Source: Antechinus flavipes (Eukaryota). Taken from it: DNA of 64,000 bases. Position numbers and translations under genes: made by a program. The first letter of the stretch is position 1, and each line of letters begins with the position of its first letter. Where the stretch lies: assembly GCF_016432865.1 (NCBI RefSeq), contig NC_067398.1, positions 427,924,001-427,988,000 on the forward strand. The letters are read 5' to 3'. Under the pieces are notes generated by a model. It saw only the letters and a list, made by a program, of their open reading frames with translations, was not told where the DNA came from and did no database searches. Positions 63,280 to 64,000 of the stretch are shown here, piece by piece.

Positions 63280-63760
63280 ATTAGGCTATCATCAGTATTG
63301 TCAGCTCCACAGGGCCTAGTCCCAGCTGGAACCTATAACTTTCCCAGAGACTGCTTTGATCCAAAGGTAGGAGATGCAAAAAAGAGAAATTCACACTTTA
63401 TCTTCAAAGGTCCTGTTGGTTCCTCACTGGTCCCTCAAATAGGTTTAATTCATAGGTGCCCTCTTTTTTTCCAGATGGGAAAAAATTGGGAGGCAGGCTG
63501 CAAGTTGTCTCTTAAGGAGGGCAACACCTGCTTCAGCCCCTAAGTTATTGAGAAGTACACATTAAACCAGAATCTCATTAGAACTGTCAGAATTACATTG
63601 ATTGACAGCTGGAAAATCTCATTACCCATTTCAGCAGAATTACAGTCTGGCTTTGATTAATATTTAGGCATTCACATTTGCAGGAGCAGCATTTTTGATT
63701 TGCTTTTCAAATACCACCAACACTCAGCCAGTCAGGAGATTGTCAAGTATTTCCAAGGTG
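63280..63760. promoter_or_regulatory. Candidate enhancer with a perfect PBX-MEIS/PKNOX decamer
   Basis: TGATTGACAG at 63599-63608 overlapping CAGCTG; extra TGTCA at about 63299, 63585 and 63741; repeat-free. Confidence 0.35.
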
Positions 63761-64000
63761 AGACCAAGGAATGCTCTGCAAAAACAAACTTCCTTTTGTT
63801 TTCTTCCCCCCTAATCTCTCTGAACTGGGACTAACTCCTTTTGCTAGCACATTCTAATCTTACCTTTTCTCAAAGAATGAAGCAGCTGAACCAAAAGTCA
63901 TTAAGCTTAGGTTTTGTTCCAGGCTGTGACCAGGAAAATTCCTAGTGACTTTTGGAAATCACCTGCGGGTGACAAGAATGATAGATGACAACACGCCTAT

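Noticed and set aside
63283-63364. Plus-strand 82-nt exon candidate (LSSVLSAPQGLVPAGTYNFPRDCFDPK)
   Set aside because: Isolated, with no homology recognised; the region is better explained as regulatory.
1-64000. tRNA, rRNA, snoRNA, miRNA genes and CRISPR arrays
   Set aside because: None recognisable. tRNA-like A/B-box sequences belong to SINE heads, and there is no repeat-spacer array.

Overview
AT-rich, repeat-dense vertebrate genomic DNA that is almost certainly marsupial and probably dasyurid. The lineage call rests on recognition from memory of MAR1/WSINE1-type CORE-SINEs, RTE/BovB-derived SINEs, marsupial L1 3' ends, and many L2, MIR and CR1/L3 relics. There is no prokaryotic-type content (no CRISPR, operons, rRNA or tRNA genes) and no gene I can name. 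Most ORFs in the track are artefacts of microsatellites, a 0.9-kb polypurine tract, transposons or the N-gap at 58248-58440. The best non-repeat signal is a chain of five phase-compatible minus-strand exon candidates (31607 to 24465, about 209 codons) encoding an unrecognised protein; an alternative reading frame suggests it may be frameshifted or decayed. Other signals are orphan minus-strand exon-like units (13.8 kb, 11.0 kb, 2.4 kb), candidate promoters near 42.65 kb (-) and 46.2-46.5 kb (+), motif-dense enhancer-like blocks (33.5, 54.6, 63.6 kb), an LTR with a PBS remnant, and a clean L1-into-RTE nested insertion with a target-site duplication. Repeat boundaries and family names are approximate because they were assigned by eye without a library.
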